From Octopus vulgaris (taxonomy: Eukaryota), in contig OX597824.1 of NCBI GenBank assembly GCA_951406725.2, positions 73,532,001-73,596,000 on the forward strand: a stretch of DNA of 64,000 bases, in the 5' to 3' direction. The notes under the pieces were generated by a model. The model did no database searches, was not told the DNA's origin, and worked only from the letters and a program-made list of their open reading frames with translations. Shown in pieces: positions 1-12,095 of this stretch (the stretch's first letter is position 1; each line of letters opens with the position of its first letter). A program made the translations under genes and the position numbers.

Positions 1-660
1 GAAGCAGTTAAAAAGGTTTTGACGACAAAGGTTGAACATATAAATATACATACATACATACATGTATCATTCACACACACACACACTCACACACGACGGG
101 CGTCTTTTAGTTTCCGTCTACCAAATCCGCTCACGAGGTTTTGGTCGGCCCGAGGCTATAGTAGAAGACACTTGCCCAAGGTGCCACGCAGTGGGACTGA
201 ACCCGGAGCCATGTGGTTGGTAAGCAAGCTACTTACCACACAGCCACTCCTGAACCTATACATACACACACACATGCACGACTTTTTGTGAATGTTTGTA
301 TAATAAGCCTAGTTTATATTTGTCTTTTTGGATATTGTCTTCTGGTATGAAATAAAGAGCAAAGTAACAAGGATGACGTTAGAAACAATAGGAAGAACAT
401 GATAGTTTGATGAGTAAATGTCAAGTGAAGAGACATTTCTGCTTGGTTCTTCAAGCCGTTGTTTGCTTGGTTGGTTAATTAGTAAGATGACTTACAGCAA
501 AATTGTCTCATTTGTTTTCTGAAGATTCACTTCTGTAAAAGGCCTTTTTTTTTCTTCTTTCACTTGTTACTTGTTACTTTTACTCTTTATTTCATACCAG
601 AAGAGAATATCCAAAAAGACAAATATAAACTTTGCTTATTGTACAAACATTCACAAAAAG

Positions 661-699
<39 letters not shown>

Positions 700-803
700 T
701 ATGTGTGTATGTATGTATGTATGTATGTTCGTATGTGTGTATGTATGTATGTATGTATGTTCGTATGTTCAACCTCTGCCATCAAAACCTTTTTAACTGC
801 TTC
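1..803. repeat. Long inverted repeat / foldback structure running off the window start
   Basis: 281-371 is the reverse complement of 570-662, and 1-40 of 764-803. The left arm alone carries a SINE A head (95-258). Confidence 0.85.
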
Positions 804-852
804 AATAACCATTCACCATTTACATATGTGTGTGTGTGTGTGTGTGTATGTA

Positions 853-1251
853 TAGGTGCAGGAGTGGCTGTGTGGTAAGTAGCTTGCTTACCAATCACAT
901 GGTTCCGGGTTCAGTGTGTGGCACCTTGGGCAAGTGTCTTCTACTACAGCCTCAGGCCGACCAAAGCCTTGTGAGTGGATTTGGTAGCAGAAACTGAAAG
1001 AAGCCCGTTGTATACATGTAGATATATATGTATGTGTGTATGTGTTTGGAGTTCTGTATTATATATATATATATATAAATTATATAAATATAGGAGTGGC
1101 TGCATGGTAAGTAGCTTGCTTACCAACCACATGGTTCCTGGTTCAGTCCCATTGCGTGGCACCTTGGGCAAGTGTCTTCTACTATAGCTTCGGGCTGACC
1201 AAAGCCTTGTGAGTGGATTTGGTATACGGAAACTGAAAGAAGCCTGTCGTA
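853..1251 (+). mobile_element. Two SINE family A 5' halves (853-1010, 1091-1251)
   Basis: AGG(T/C)GCAGGAGTGGCTGTGTGGTAAGTAGCTTGCTTACC head through GAAAGAAGCC.GTCG. Confidence 0.85.
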
Positions 1252-1258
1252 TATATAT

Positions 1259-1292
<34 letters not shown>

Positions 1293-1333
1293 TTGTGTTT
1301 ATGTATCTGTGTTTGTCTCTCTTGCACTTTCTT

Positions 1334-1374
<41 letters not shown>

Positions 1375-1459
1375 ACCTTCTCCTATCTCTTTTACACTTC
1401 CTTCCATCTCTTACTTGTTCTCTTATCTTTCCTACACTTCTTTTTAAACTTACGCTTTC

Positions 1460-1975
1460 TCTCATCTTTCTCCCATCCCTTTTACACTTACTCTCATCTC
1501 TCCTACACTTTCTCTCATCTCTCCTACACTTACTCTCATCTCTCTCACACTTTCTCCCATCCCTTTTACACTTTCTCTCATCTCTCCTACACTTTCTCTC
1601 ATTTCTCCTTCACTTTCTCTCATCTCTCCTACACTTTCTCTCATCTCTCCTACACTTTCTCTCATCTCTTCTACACTTTCTCTCATCTCTTCTACACTTT
1701 CTCTCATCTCTCCTACACTTACTCTCATCTCTCTCACACTTTCTCCCATCCCTTTTACACTTTCTCTCATCTCTCCTACACTTTCTCTCATCTTTCCTAC
1801 ACTTTCTCTCATCTCTCCTACACTTTCTCTCATCTCTCCTACACTTTCTCTCATCTCTCCTACACTTTCTCTCATCTATCCTACACTTTCTCTCATCTCT
1901 CCTACACTTTCTCTCATCTCTCCTACACTTTCTCTCATCTCTCCTACACTTTCTCTCATCTCTCCTATACTTTCA
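1460..1975. repeat. 21-bp pyrimidine-rich minisatellite (CTCCTACACTTTCTCTCATCT)n
   Basis: More than 20 tandem units; explains the LHFLSSL/YTFSHLS ORFs. Confidence 0.95.
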
Positions 1976-2523
1976 TCTCCTTTACACTTTCCTCATTCTT
2001 CCTACATATACTCTCATGTCTCTCAAATTTTCTCTCATTCCCCTTACTCTTTCTCTTGTCTCTCCTACACTTTCTCTCATCTCCCTTACACTTTCTCATT
2101 TCTCTTACACCTATCATCTCTCTCTTACATTTTCTCTCATCTCTTTTGCACTTCTTCACATCTATCATACTTGTTCTAATTTCTCACAGCTCTCCCATCT
2201 CTCTTGCATTTTCTCTCATTTCTGCCTGCCTGCCTCTTTTTCTGTCTATCTGTCTGTCTGTCTGTCTCTTACATTTTCCCCATCTGTTTACTCCCACCTA
2301 AAATTTCACCCCCACCTGTCTTTTACACTTTTTCATATCACTCTTTCATTTCCTCACAAATCTCTTACTTTTCCCATCTCTCTTTCATTTTACCTCTTAT
2401 CTCTCTCCCTTTCTCTCATCTCTCTTAGACTTACACATGCAAACATCCTTTCTTACACATTTTCTTTTCCTCTTTTACACACACTTTCTTTGTCACATAT
2501 GCACTTTCCTCCCCCACCCACTC

Positions 2524-2558
<35 letters not shown>

Positions 2559-3492
2559 TTGTACAAGATGTTCTTGGTCTGTGAATTTGTAGTTGTTGGC
2601 AGCGGTGGTGTTAATCAATTCAAAGGAATCGCGGGATAGATATTGGATATTGGTTGGGACATTGTATATCGACTTCACTACTATGGCGAATATTCGTCTC
2701 AGATATCACATGCTACAAGACCATGTGTATATGTATGTATGAGTTTGTGTATAAATATACATATGTACATGTGTGTGTGTGTGTTCAGCCAATCTATGCT
2801 AGCTTGGAAACACTGATTTTAAAGTAATTGTTATAATAATGGTGATATACTCATGTATGTATGCATGCATGCATGTATGTATGCATGCATGCATGTATGT
2901 ATGTGTGTGAGTTTGTGTATGCGTATCTATTTATATAATTAAATATTCATGTATGTAAAAGTGTATTTATATGTGAATCTATTTATAATTATAATGCTGG
3001 TGATACATGTGTGTATAAGTGTGTTTTTTATATACACACACATATATATATATATATGTTTACAAGCTCTAAATGCATCTAATTATGTATACATGTGTAT
3101 GTAGATACATTCATCCAATTATTATAGTTAACGATACAATAGGTGTGTATAAGTGTGTTGATGTATATATTTATTTATAATTATAATGTTGGCGATACAC
3201 ATATTTATAAGTACGTGTATATTCATAAATTTATAATGATTTGGCAATGATAATCACAATTTAGTGACTGTATGTCTAACGAGTTAAATTAATTGTGTGT
3301 TGTAATTAATATTCAAGCATGACTTAGCTGTGTGGCCGAGAAGTTTGCTTTGCGACCACAGGATTTTTGGTTCCTTTCTTCTGTATGGAACCAAGGAGCC
3401 TTGGGTGAATGCCTTCTGCTACAGCTTTTAACTGACCAATGCTTTGCAAGTGAAATTTTGTTGATAGGAACTGTATAGAAGCCTGTATATAT

Positions 3493-3718
3493 AAGGCGGC
3501 AATCTGGCAGAAACGTTAGCACGCCAGGTGAAATGCTTAGTGGTATTTCGTCTGTGGCTATGTTCTGAGTTCAAATTCCGCCGATGTCGATTTTGCCTCT
3601 CATCCTCTCAGGGTTGATAAAATTAAGTACCAGTTACGCACTGGGGTCGATGTAATTGACTTAATCCGTTTGTTTGTCCCCTCTATTTTTACCTCCTTGT
3701 GGGCAATAAAGAAATAAG
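3493..3718 (+). mobile_element. tRNA-derived SINE family B (other copies near 23547-23770 -, 25268-25400, 26271-26360, 26633-26775 -, 40147-40365, 47384-47613, 49320-49547)
   Basis: GGCGG..AGCTGGCAGAA.CGTTAGCA head, GAGTTCAAATTCC B box, central GCCTTTCATCCTTTCGGGGTCGATAAATTAAGTACC, tail AATAAAGAAATA. Confidence 0.88.
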
Positions 3719-3753
3719 AAACTGTATAGAAAACTGTCATATATATGTATTTG

Positions 3754-3814
<61 letters not shown>

Positions 3815-3815
3815 C

Positions 3816-3866
<51 letters not shown>

Positions 3867-3881
3867 GTATATATATATATT

Positions 3882-4206
3882 TTCATATATATGTATTTAT
3901 GTATGTATATATGTTCATATATATGTATTTATGTATGTATATATGTTCATATATATGTATTTATGTATGTATATATGTTCATATATATGTATTTATGTAT
4001 GTATATATGTTCATATATATGTATTTATGTATGTATATATGTTCATATATATGTATTTATGTATGTATATATGTTCATATATATGTATTTATGTATGTAT
4101 ATATGTTCATATATATGTATTTATGTATGTATATATGTTGATATATATATGTATTTATGTATGTATATATGTTCATATATATGTATTTATGTATGTATAT
4201 ATGTTC
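3882..4206. repeat. 32-bp minisatellite (TTCATATATATGTATTTATGTATGTATATATG)n
   Basis: About 10 near-identical units with period 32. Confidence 0.9.
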
Positions 4207-4280
4207 ATGTATATGTGTATGTATGTATATATATATATGTGTGTGCATGTATGTATATTATATATGCTTGTGTGTATGTA

Positions 4281-4313
<33 letters not shown>

Positions 4314-4575
4314 GTGCGTGTGTATGTGTGTATATATATATATGTATGAATGTATGTATATATGAATATATATATATATATATGTGTATATATCATCATC
4401 ATTTAATGTTCATGTCCCATGCTAGCAGTGGCTGGATGATTTGACTGGATCTGATAAGTCCAAGGACTGCATTGGTTTCCAATGTTTGCTTCGGCATGTT
4501 TTCCATGGCAAGATGCCCTTCCTAATGTTAACCACTTTATAGCATATACATAAGCATATACATATATATATATAT

Positions 4576-4984
4576 AGCTAGGTGTTTGGCTGCTATTTCT
4601 AAATTTTCGGTATGTGGTGAAGCAAATTTTTTGCTGAACCCTAATTATAATTATACTCATAATTATAAAAAAATTATATATATATATACACATCTAATAT
4701 AGGATAAAATTTTTCGAAAAAAATTCTATGAATGGCCAGCATATTAAAAAATACCATTAAAGGTTAAATTTATAAACAACTTATAAACAAGGGCAAAAGA
4801 AAAAAATTCTAAATGCCAAATATGCTGAAAATAGACTTAAGTCATCAATAACCATAAAATTCATCACTATAAGCACGCGTCTCGAAGTAAGCTGACATCT
4901 CGAAGTAAGTTATTGATGACTTAAGTCTATTTTCAGCATATTTGGCATTGGAATTTTTTTTCTTTTGCCCTTGTTTATAAGTTA
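4576..4984. mobile_element. Penelope-like element remnant with a ~75-bp inverted repeat
   Basis: Arms about 4778-4851 and 4909-4983, flanked by (TA)n. A related fragment lies at about 20865-21250 (CACCACATACC.AAAATTT.AGAAATAGCAGCCAA). Confidence 0.55.
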
Positions 4985-5295
4985 TATATATATATATATT
5001 CAACTTACTTCTTCTTCAATTTCAACTCCCGGTCGATGCCCGCAGCAAGTTCTTAAAAATTTATCTTACTATTTTTATTCGTTGTTACTACGTTTATTCA
5101 TACATTGATAACTTGATTCGTCTTACCCATCGAAAATTTACGAAAATTTAACCTTTTAGGCTACTTTCAAGCCTTCGCCATAACTTGATTTATCTTTCCT
5201 ATCTCTCTCTCTACAAAATTTAACCTTAGGCTACCTCAAGCCGTAATCCCATCTTTTCCCTTCTTTCCGCCATTGGCGGTGCGCCCGCCCCCCAC

Positions 5296-5822
5296 CCCCA
5301 CCACCAATACCGATGAACACTGTTCTCACCCCCACCACCAATACCGGTGAACACTGTTCTCACCGCCACCACCAATACCGGTGAACACTGTTCTCACCCC
5401 CACCACCAATACCAGTATACCCTGTTCTCACCATCTACACCGGATACGCCCTACTCATCTACACCGGGTACGCCCTACTCCCTCCTCCTCCTCCCCCCAC
5501 TATCCCTTCTCCTCATATGCTTTCACTGTGAAAAGACAAGCTGCTAGCGCCATAGCTCATCAACTGCCCACCGATCTTACGCTTCCTCCTGACACTGCCT
5601 CAATCCGACCATCCCCTTTTAGTACCCTCCCGCCTCGTAATATCCTACGTTTTTATTTCTTAGGAACCTACACCAACCCTACCCTCCCGCCTCGTAATAT
5701 CCTACGTTTTTATTTCTTAGGAACCTACACCAACCCTTCCTGCCATCGTTCCTCCTTACCCTAACCCTAACCCTTAAGTACCCCGGATCCCCAAAGTACC
5801 CCGATCCCCAAAGTACCCCGGA
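5296..5822. repeat. CpG-rich cluster of different short tandem repeats plus (CCCTAA)2
   Basis: 33-bp unit x3 or more (CCCCACCACCAATACCGGTGAACACTGTTCTCA), ~24-bp unit x2, 57-bp unit x2 (5624-5737), CCCTAACCCTAACCC near 5759, ~18-bp unit x2.5. Confidence 0.85.
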
Positions 5823-5829
5823 CCTCGTT

Positions 5830-6093
5830 GCCCCCGTGCCGCTGACACGTTAAAATGCTCGAACCGATCGTGACGATGCCGGACCCTCCGGCCCCTGTGC
5901 AGGTGGCACGTAAAAAGCACCCAATCCACTCACGGAGTGGTTGGCGTTAGGAAGGGCATCCAGCCGTAGAAACTCTGCCAGATTCAGACTGGAGCCTGGA
6001 GCGGCCCCTGGCTTCCCAGACCCGGTCAAACCGTCCAACCCGTGCTAGCGCGGAAAGCGGACGTTAAACGATGATGATGATGATGATGATGAT
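5830..6093 (+). mobile_element. RTE LINE 3' UTR / tail fragment (similar fragments near 6680-6845, 14002-14280 -, 17152-17475 -, 22440-22632, 24379-24529 -, 31510-31750, 37720-37885, 54130-54316)
   Basis: GGTTGGCGTTAGGAAGGGCATCCAGC...CGGACGTTAAAC(GAT)n, matching the 3' end of the coding RTE copies. Confidence 0.85.
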
Positions 6094-7267
6094 ATATATA
6101 TATATATATAGTGTAATAAATAAAATATATGCATACATACAAACATATATGTACGTACCTACATCTACATGTTTATATACATGCATATATAAATATATAT
6201 ACACGTGAGTACAGGACACCACAACTAGACGTAGAACTCAACGAGAAACGAAAATGGAAAAAACATTTTTTTACAACAGAAAAAACAGAGTACAGGACAT
6301 ACTACACAAGGAAAAATCCCCTTCATCAGCTGTCACTAGTTCGGCTCCAGCGTGTTTTGAAGGCATATATATATAGTATATATATATATATGTGTGTGTG
6401 TGTATGAATATGTGGAGGCATCTTGGAACTTCTCTGCTTTACAATATCCATTACAGCTGCATATTGAAATGAACTATATCTACCAACATTATCATAGATC
6501 TCCAAAGTCCCAGAAACAGCTGTTAGACTTAGGACACCTTTCGGCCACCCCCTTGATTTTCTCTGTCATTTGTACTCTGTATAAGTTGGATTTATTAATA
6601 AATACATCTATATATTTGTACTTAAATATTCATTGTCTGAAAGTCTCCATCTTTTGCTTTTTCTCATTTTTCATGTATACATCACTCTCGGAGTGATTGG
6701 CATTAGGAAGGGCATCCAGCTATAGAAACTCTGTCAGATCAAGATTGGAGCCTGGTGCAGCCATCTGGTTCGCCAGTCCTCAGTCAAATCATCTAACCCA
6801 TGCTAGCATGGAAAGCGGACGTTAAACAATGATGATAATGATGATATTGTGTTTCATGCCCAAACTATTATATTATATTTAGTATATCTAATTTGTTTAT
6901 CCGCATAATTGCCTCTATATCCTCTCAACTTGTTCCCTCTTATAGCCGCTCTTTACCCTGTGGAATCAAACACCTGTGAAATCTTCGTAGTCTAGGTTTG
7001 AATCTTTTTGAGAACTACTAAGTGTCTTTTATACTAAGAATCTCTGGATGTTATCTCTTTTACTCTTTTACTTGTTTCAGTCATTTGACTGCGGCCATGC
7101 TGGAGCACCACCCTTAGTCGAGCAAATCGACCCCGGGACTTATTCTTTGTAAGCCCAGTACTTATTCTATCGGTCTCGTTTGCCGAACCGCTAAGTGACA
7201 GGGACGTAAATACACCAGCATTGGTTGTCAAGCGATGTTGGAGGCGAGAAACACAGACACACAAACA

Positions 7268-8657
7268 CATCATCATCATCATCATCATCATCATCGTTTA
7301 ACATCCGTTCTCCATGCTAGCATGGGTTGGACGGTTCGACCGGGGATCTGGGAAGCCAGAAGGCTGCACCAGGCTCCAGTCTAATCTGGCAATGTTTCTA
7401 CAGCTGGATGCCCTTCCTAACGCCAACCACTCCGTGAGTGTAGTGGGTGCTTTTTACGTGCCACCTGCACAGGTGCCAGGCGAGGCTGGCAACGGCCACG
7501 GTCGGATTGGTGTATTTTATGTGCCACCGGCACGGAAGCCAGTCGAGGCGATGCTGGCATCGGCCACGAGTCGGATAGTGCTTTTTACGTACCACCTGAC
7601 CAGGGATCCTGGCTGGTTCAATTCGATTTTGATTTCGCTTGCCCCAACATGTCTTCACAAGCAAAGGGGGTTGGCATGGGTGCCTGTCGTACGGTCGGAT
7701 TGGAGTATTTTACGTGCCACCGGCACGGAAGCCAGTGGAAGCGGCGCTGGCATCGGCCACGAGTCAGATAGTGCTTTTTACGTACCACCAGACCAGGGAT
7801 CCTGGCTGGTTCAATTCGGTTTCGATTTCGCTTGCCCCAACATGTCTTCGCAAGCAGAGTGGGTTGGCATGGGTGCCTGTCGTCGGATGAGGTTCTATAT
7901 CGACTTCGCTTGCCTCAACAGGTCTTTGTGTCCAAGGGAGGAAAGGCATTCATAAGTGGGCTGGGCTCACTTGTCCCGCCTGGTCTTCTCACGTACAGAA
8001 TATTTCCAAAGGTCTCGGTCGCTGGTCATTTCCTCAGTGAAGCCTAAAGTTCGAAGGTCGTGCTTCACCACCTCGTCCCAGGTTTTCCTGGGTCTACCTC
8101 TTCCATGGGTTCCCTCAACTGCTAGGGATTGGCACTTTCTCACACACCTATCTTCATCCATTCTCACTACATGACCATACCAGCGCAATCATCTCTCTTG
8201 CACACCACAACTGATGCTTCTTAGGTACAACATTTCTCTCAAGGTGCTAACGCTCTGTCGAGTATGTACACTGACATTACACATCCATCGGAGCATACTG
8301 GCTTCATTCCTCACGAGCTTACGCATGTCCTCAGCAGTCACAGCCCATGTTTCACTGCCATGTAGCATGGCTGTTCGTACACATGCATCATACAGTCTGC
8401 CTTTTACTCTGAGCGAGAGGCCTTTAGTCACCAGCAGAGGTAAGAGCTCCCTAAACTTTGCCCAAGCTATTCTTATTCTAGCAGTTACACTTTCAGCGCA
8501 CCCACCCCCACTACTGACTTGGTCACCTAGATAACGGAAGCTATCAACTAGTGACGGAAGTTGTTTTCTGCAGATTTTCGGAGGTTAATGCTCCCAAGCA
8601 TCTGCCACATACAAAAACTATCTTCCCAGTTAGCCTACCTTTGACATTGCTGCACCT
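7268..8657 (-). mobile_element. 5'-truncated RTE-clade LINE inserted in the central microsatellite of a SINE A (SINE halves 7055-7265 and 8685-8848)
   Basis: ORF fragments LYDACVRTAMLHGSETW and LRWYGHVVRM..GRGRPRKTW, repeat-rich 3' UTR, (CAT)n tail. Confidence 0.93.
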
Positions 8658-10150
8658 ATACATACATATATATATACATATATACGACAGGCTTCATTCA
8701 GTTTCCGTCTACCAAATCCACTCACAAGGCATTGGTCGGCCCGGAGCTATAGCAGAAGACACTTGCCCAAGATGCTACGCAGTGGGACTGAACCCGGAAC
8801 CATGTGGTTGGTTAGCAAGCTACTTACCACACAGCCACTCCTGCGCCTATGTGTGTGTATTTGTATTATGAAGGCTCATGGTCTGGTGCTTAGGGTGTTG
8901 GACTTTCAGTCAGAAGGTTGTAGTTTCAAAACCAGTGTTTTCTCCTTGAGCAAGCCACTTCATTTCACATTGCTGCAGTCTGCACAGCTAAAAATCAGTA
9001 CTGGCCCATTATTGATGCAGTCCTTTGTCCTTCCAGCTGTCACATTGCAAATATCCTGCTGGGCCAAGGGTAGCGGGGAGTCTGAGAAGTCTCTACCGGC
9101 TTGAAACTACATAAGCACATAAAATCATTAATGAATGCATGGTACACTCTACACTGCAAGTGTTGGCTATTGTTGAACTGTGTGTGTGTGTGTGTGTGTT
9201 TCTCTGTGTTTCTCTGTATTGATAGTTTTCATAATGGTGATACTAATTCTATCTCCTCCTCTTCTTTTTCTTCTTCCTCTTTCTCTTCCTTGTCCTCCAC
9301 TTCCTCCTCCTCTTCCTCCACCTCTTCTTCATTCTCTTTGTCTTCCTCGCCGTCTTCCATCTTCTCTATCTCCTCCTCTGTTTCCCTGTCCTCCTTATCA
9401 TCACCACCACCAGCATCATTATCATTTAATGTCCATTTTCCATGCTGGCATGGGTTGGACGGGTTTGACAAGAACCGTGCAAGTCAGTCAGAAGGCTGCA
9501 CAAACTCTGCTCTCTGCTTTGACATGGTTTTTATGGCTGGATGCCCTTCCTAATGTCAGCTACTTTACAGGGTGTATTGGGTGTCATTTTTTTTTACATG
9601 GCACCAGCACTAGTGAAGTCACAAAGTAACTTGTTAGACAAGACTCCTCAACTGGGGCAGGGAGTAGTGTTGAGGAACAGAAAAGGTGTCTTGTATTAAA
9701 AGAGAGACATGGTTACCTCAGATGGAGAGAGAAAAAAAGAAGAGAGAGAGAGAGATAATGGTAAAGATGTGCTGTGGATCTCATATTAAGAAAATGTCTA
9801 GCAGCAATTTGATATACACTGGTATGCAATGAAGAACCTTACTTGAGAAAAAGCAAGATTTGCCTTCAGGGAGACTTTTGGGCTTTAAAATAGTCCCAAG
9901 AAGTTTTGTCCAACCCATGCCTGCATGGACCAAAGAGCTCATGTAAAAGTCCTGCTGCTAATGATGATGATGATGATGAATCATTGTAATTAAGACTGCA
10001 TATGATGAGTAGCCGTAGAAATATTCTTTAGCCACTGTGAGTAAATATCAGGAAATATGGTATACAATAATCATAATTTAACTTTGTAACAAATTTTTTG
10101 TTTCTTATACAAAATGATGGAATGAATACTAATTTTCAAAAGGGAACAAT

Positions 10151-10539
10151 ACTCTTTTACTTGTTTCAGTCATTTGACTGCGGCCATGCAGGAGCACTGC
10201 CTTTAGTCGAGCAAATTGACCCCAGGACTTATTCTTTGTAAGCCTAGTACTTATTCTATCAGTCTCTTTTGCTGAACCGCTGAGTTATGGGGATGTAAAC
10301 ACACCAGCATCGGTTGTCAAGCGATATTGGGTGCACAAACACAGACACACAAACACACACATATATACATATATATGACGGGCTTCTTTCAATTTCTGTC
10401 TACCAAATCCACTCACAAGGCTTTGATCGGCCCAAGGCTTCAGTAGAAGACGCTTGCCCAAGGTGCCACGCAGTGGAACTGAACCTGGAACCATGTGGTT
10501 GGTAAGCAAGCTACTTACCACACATCCACTCCTGTGCTT
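10151..10539 (-). mobile_element. tRNA-derived SINE family A, full length, directly 3' of the U6 copy
   Basis: Head GCACAGGAGTGG..TGTGGTAAG (A box) and GGTTCAGTTCC (B box), CORE-like GCACCTTGGGCAAG, central microsatellite, tail ..GAAACAAGTAAAAGAGT. Confidence 0.9.
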
Positions 10540-10646
10540 AAAAATATGGAATGCTTCACGAATTTGCATGGTATCCTTGTGCAGGGGCCATGCTAATCTT
10601 CTCTGTATCATTCCAATTTTAGTATATGTACTGCTGAAGCAAGTAG
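10540..10646 (-). pseudogene. U6: Full-length (107 nt) U6 snRNA copy, probably a pseudogene
   Basis: Minus strand reads CTACTTGCTTCAGCAGTACATATACTAAAATTGGAATGATACAGAGAAGATTAGCATGGCCCCTGCACAAGGATACCATGCAAATTCGTGAAGCATTCCATATTTTT. ACAGAGA box and AGC triad are intact; there are about 5 CpG transitions and an altered ISL (GGATACC for GGATGAC). Confidence 0.93.
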
Positions 10647-10769
10647 ATATTATCTAGATATTATCTTGAAATAAAAATTAAATAAAACAAATTTCTCATT
10701 TGCATAACTCCTTCCATAACTACTCTGCCATTTCCTCCTCCTCCTTTAATGATGATGATGATGATATAT

Positions 10770-11092
10770 ATGAAGAGTAATGACCCCCTTCAGTCATGAA
10801 TGGCGATGGGATTGCACTTAGAAAGTTACCTTCCAAGGCATAAGTCTGAGCAAGGTTGTTTATGGAAGACCAGTCGTCACCCATGCATACCAGCCTCTCC
10901 ATACTACTGATGTTATCCAAGGGAAAGGAAAAGGCCAATACAGCTTGCCATCAGTGAAGTAACAATTCATTTCTACAGACGAGTGAACTGGAGCAATGTG
11001 AAAATAAAGTGTTTTGCTCAAGAAGACAACACACAACTCCATCGGGGAATTGAAGTCATTAACACTCTAACCACTGAACCATGCACTTTCTT
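10770..11092 (-). mobile_element. tRNA-derived SINE, head type E with tail type iv (same tail at about 12840-13040 +)
   Basis: Head with CTTGAGCAA.ACACTTTATTTTCACATTGCTCCAGTTCACTC; tail CCATAAACAACCTTGC..GGTGCAATCCCAT..GAAGGGGGTC. Confidence 0.7.
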
Positions 11093-11094
11093 TG

Positions 11095-11128
<34 letters not shown>

Positions 11129-11780
11129 ATCTATGTGTGTGTGTGTGTGTATCTATATATGTGTGTATATATGTCTTGAAGGATTTTAGTTGAACAAATC
11201 GACCCCAGGACTTATTTTTAAAGCCTAATACTTACTCTATTGGTCTGTTTTGTTGAGCTGCTAAGTTACAGGGACATAAACACACCAACACCAGTTGTCA
11301 AGTGGTGAGGGGGTTACAAACACAGACACAAAGTCACATATACGCATAGGCATATACATACATATATATATGTATGTATATTCCTATGCATGTATGTGAC
11401 TTTACATATACATAAAGAATGGGCTTTTGAATTTCTATCTACCAAATACACTGAAGCTGTAGTAGAAGACTCATTGTCCACAGTGGGACTGAACCTAGAA
11501 CCATGTGCTTGGGAAGCAAGCTTCTTACCACACAGCCATGCCTGCGTTTGTATATATATATATATTTATATTTTTTTTTTATTTTATAGAAGGAGCTTCT
11601 ACAGGACTAGAACTGTTTCATTCAAATGAAATCATCAGGAAGCTAGTCCTGTAGAAGCTCCTTCTATAAAATAAATTAATTTACTCTGCTATGTATTGAG
11701 TACCTTATTTACTGTGGTTAACCCCGACTCAACCCGGGACCTACATATATATATATATCTATATATATATATCTATCTAT

Positions 11781-12095
11781 AACACCGTGATCACTGTGAC
11801 CAACCAGGCTATCAGATGTTGCTACGCATCACTGGTCACAATGCGCTTTGCATTGTTTTAGCCTTCAAATGATGCCACTCCGCTGGCTAAGCGAGCAGGC
11901 CAACAGAAGAAAGAATGAGAGAAAGTTGTGACAAAAGAGTACAGCAGGGATCGCCACCCCCCCTGCCGGAGACTCGTGGAGCTTTTTTAGGTGTTTTCAC
12001 TCAATAAACACTCACAATGCCTGGTCTGGGAATCGAAACCGCGATCCTACGGCCACGAGTCCACTGCCCTAACCACTGGGCCTTTGCACCTCCAC
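11781..12095 (-). mobile_element. tRNA-derived SINE family C, tail type i (also 17506-17802 -, 61417-61665 +; heads at 28815-28967 - and 58245-58417 -)
   Basis: GTGGAGG.GCAATGGCCCAGTGGTTAGGGCAGCGGACTCG..GGTTTCGATTCC head; tail CTTAGCCAGCGG..GCAACATCTGATAGCCTGG. Confidence 0.88.

Noticed and set aside
1209-2639. 476-aa and 338-aa ORFs
   Set aside because: Translations of a stop-free 21-bp minisatellite and CT-rich DNA.
5296-5822. CRISPR-like repeat array
   Set aside because: Units are directly tandem with no unique spacers; the context is eukaryotic with no cas genes.
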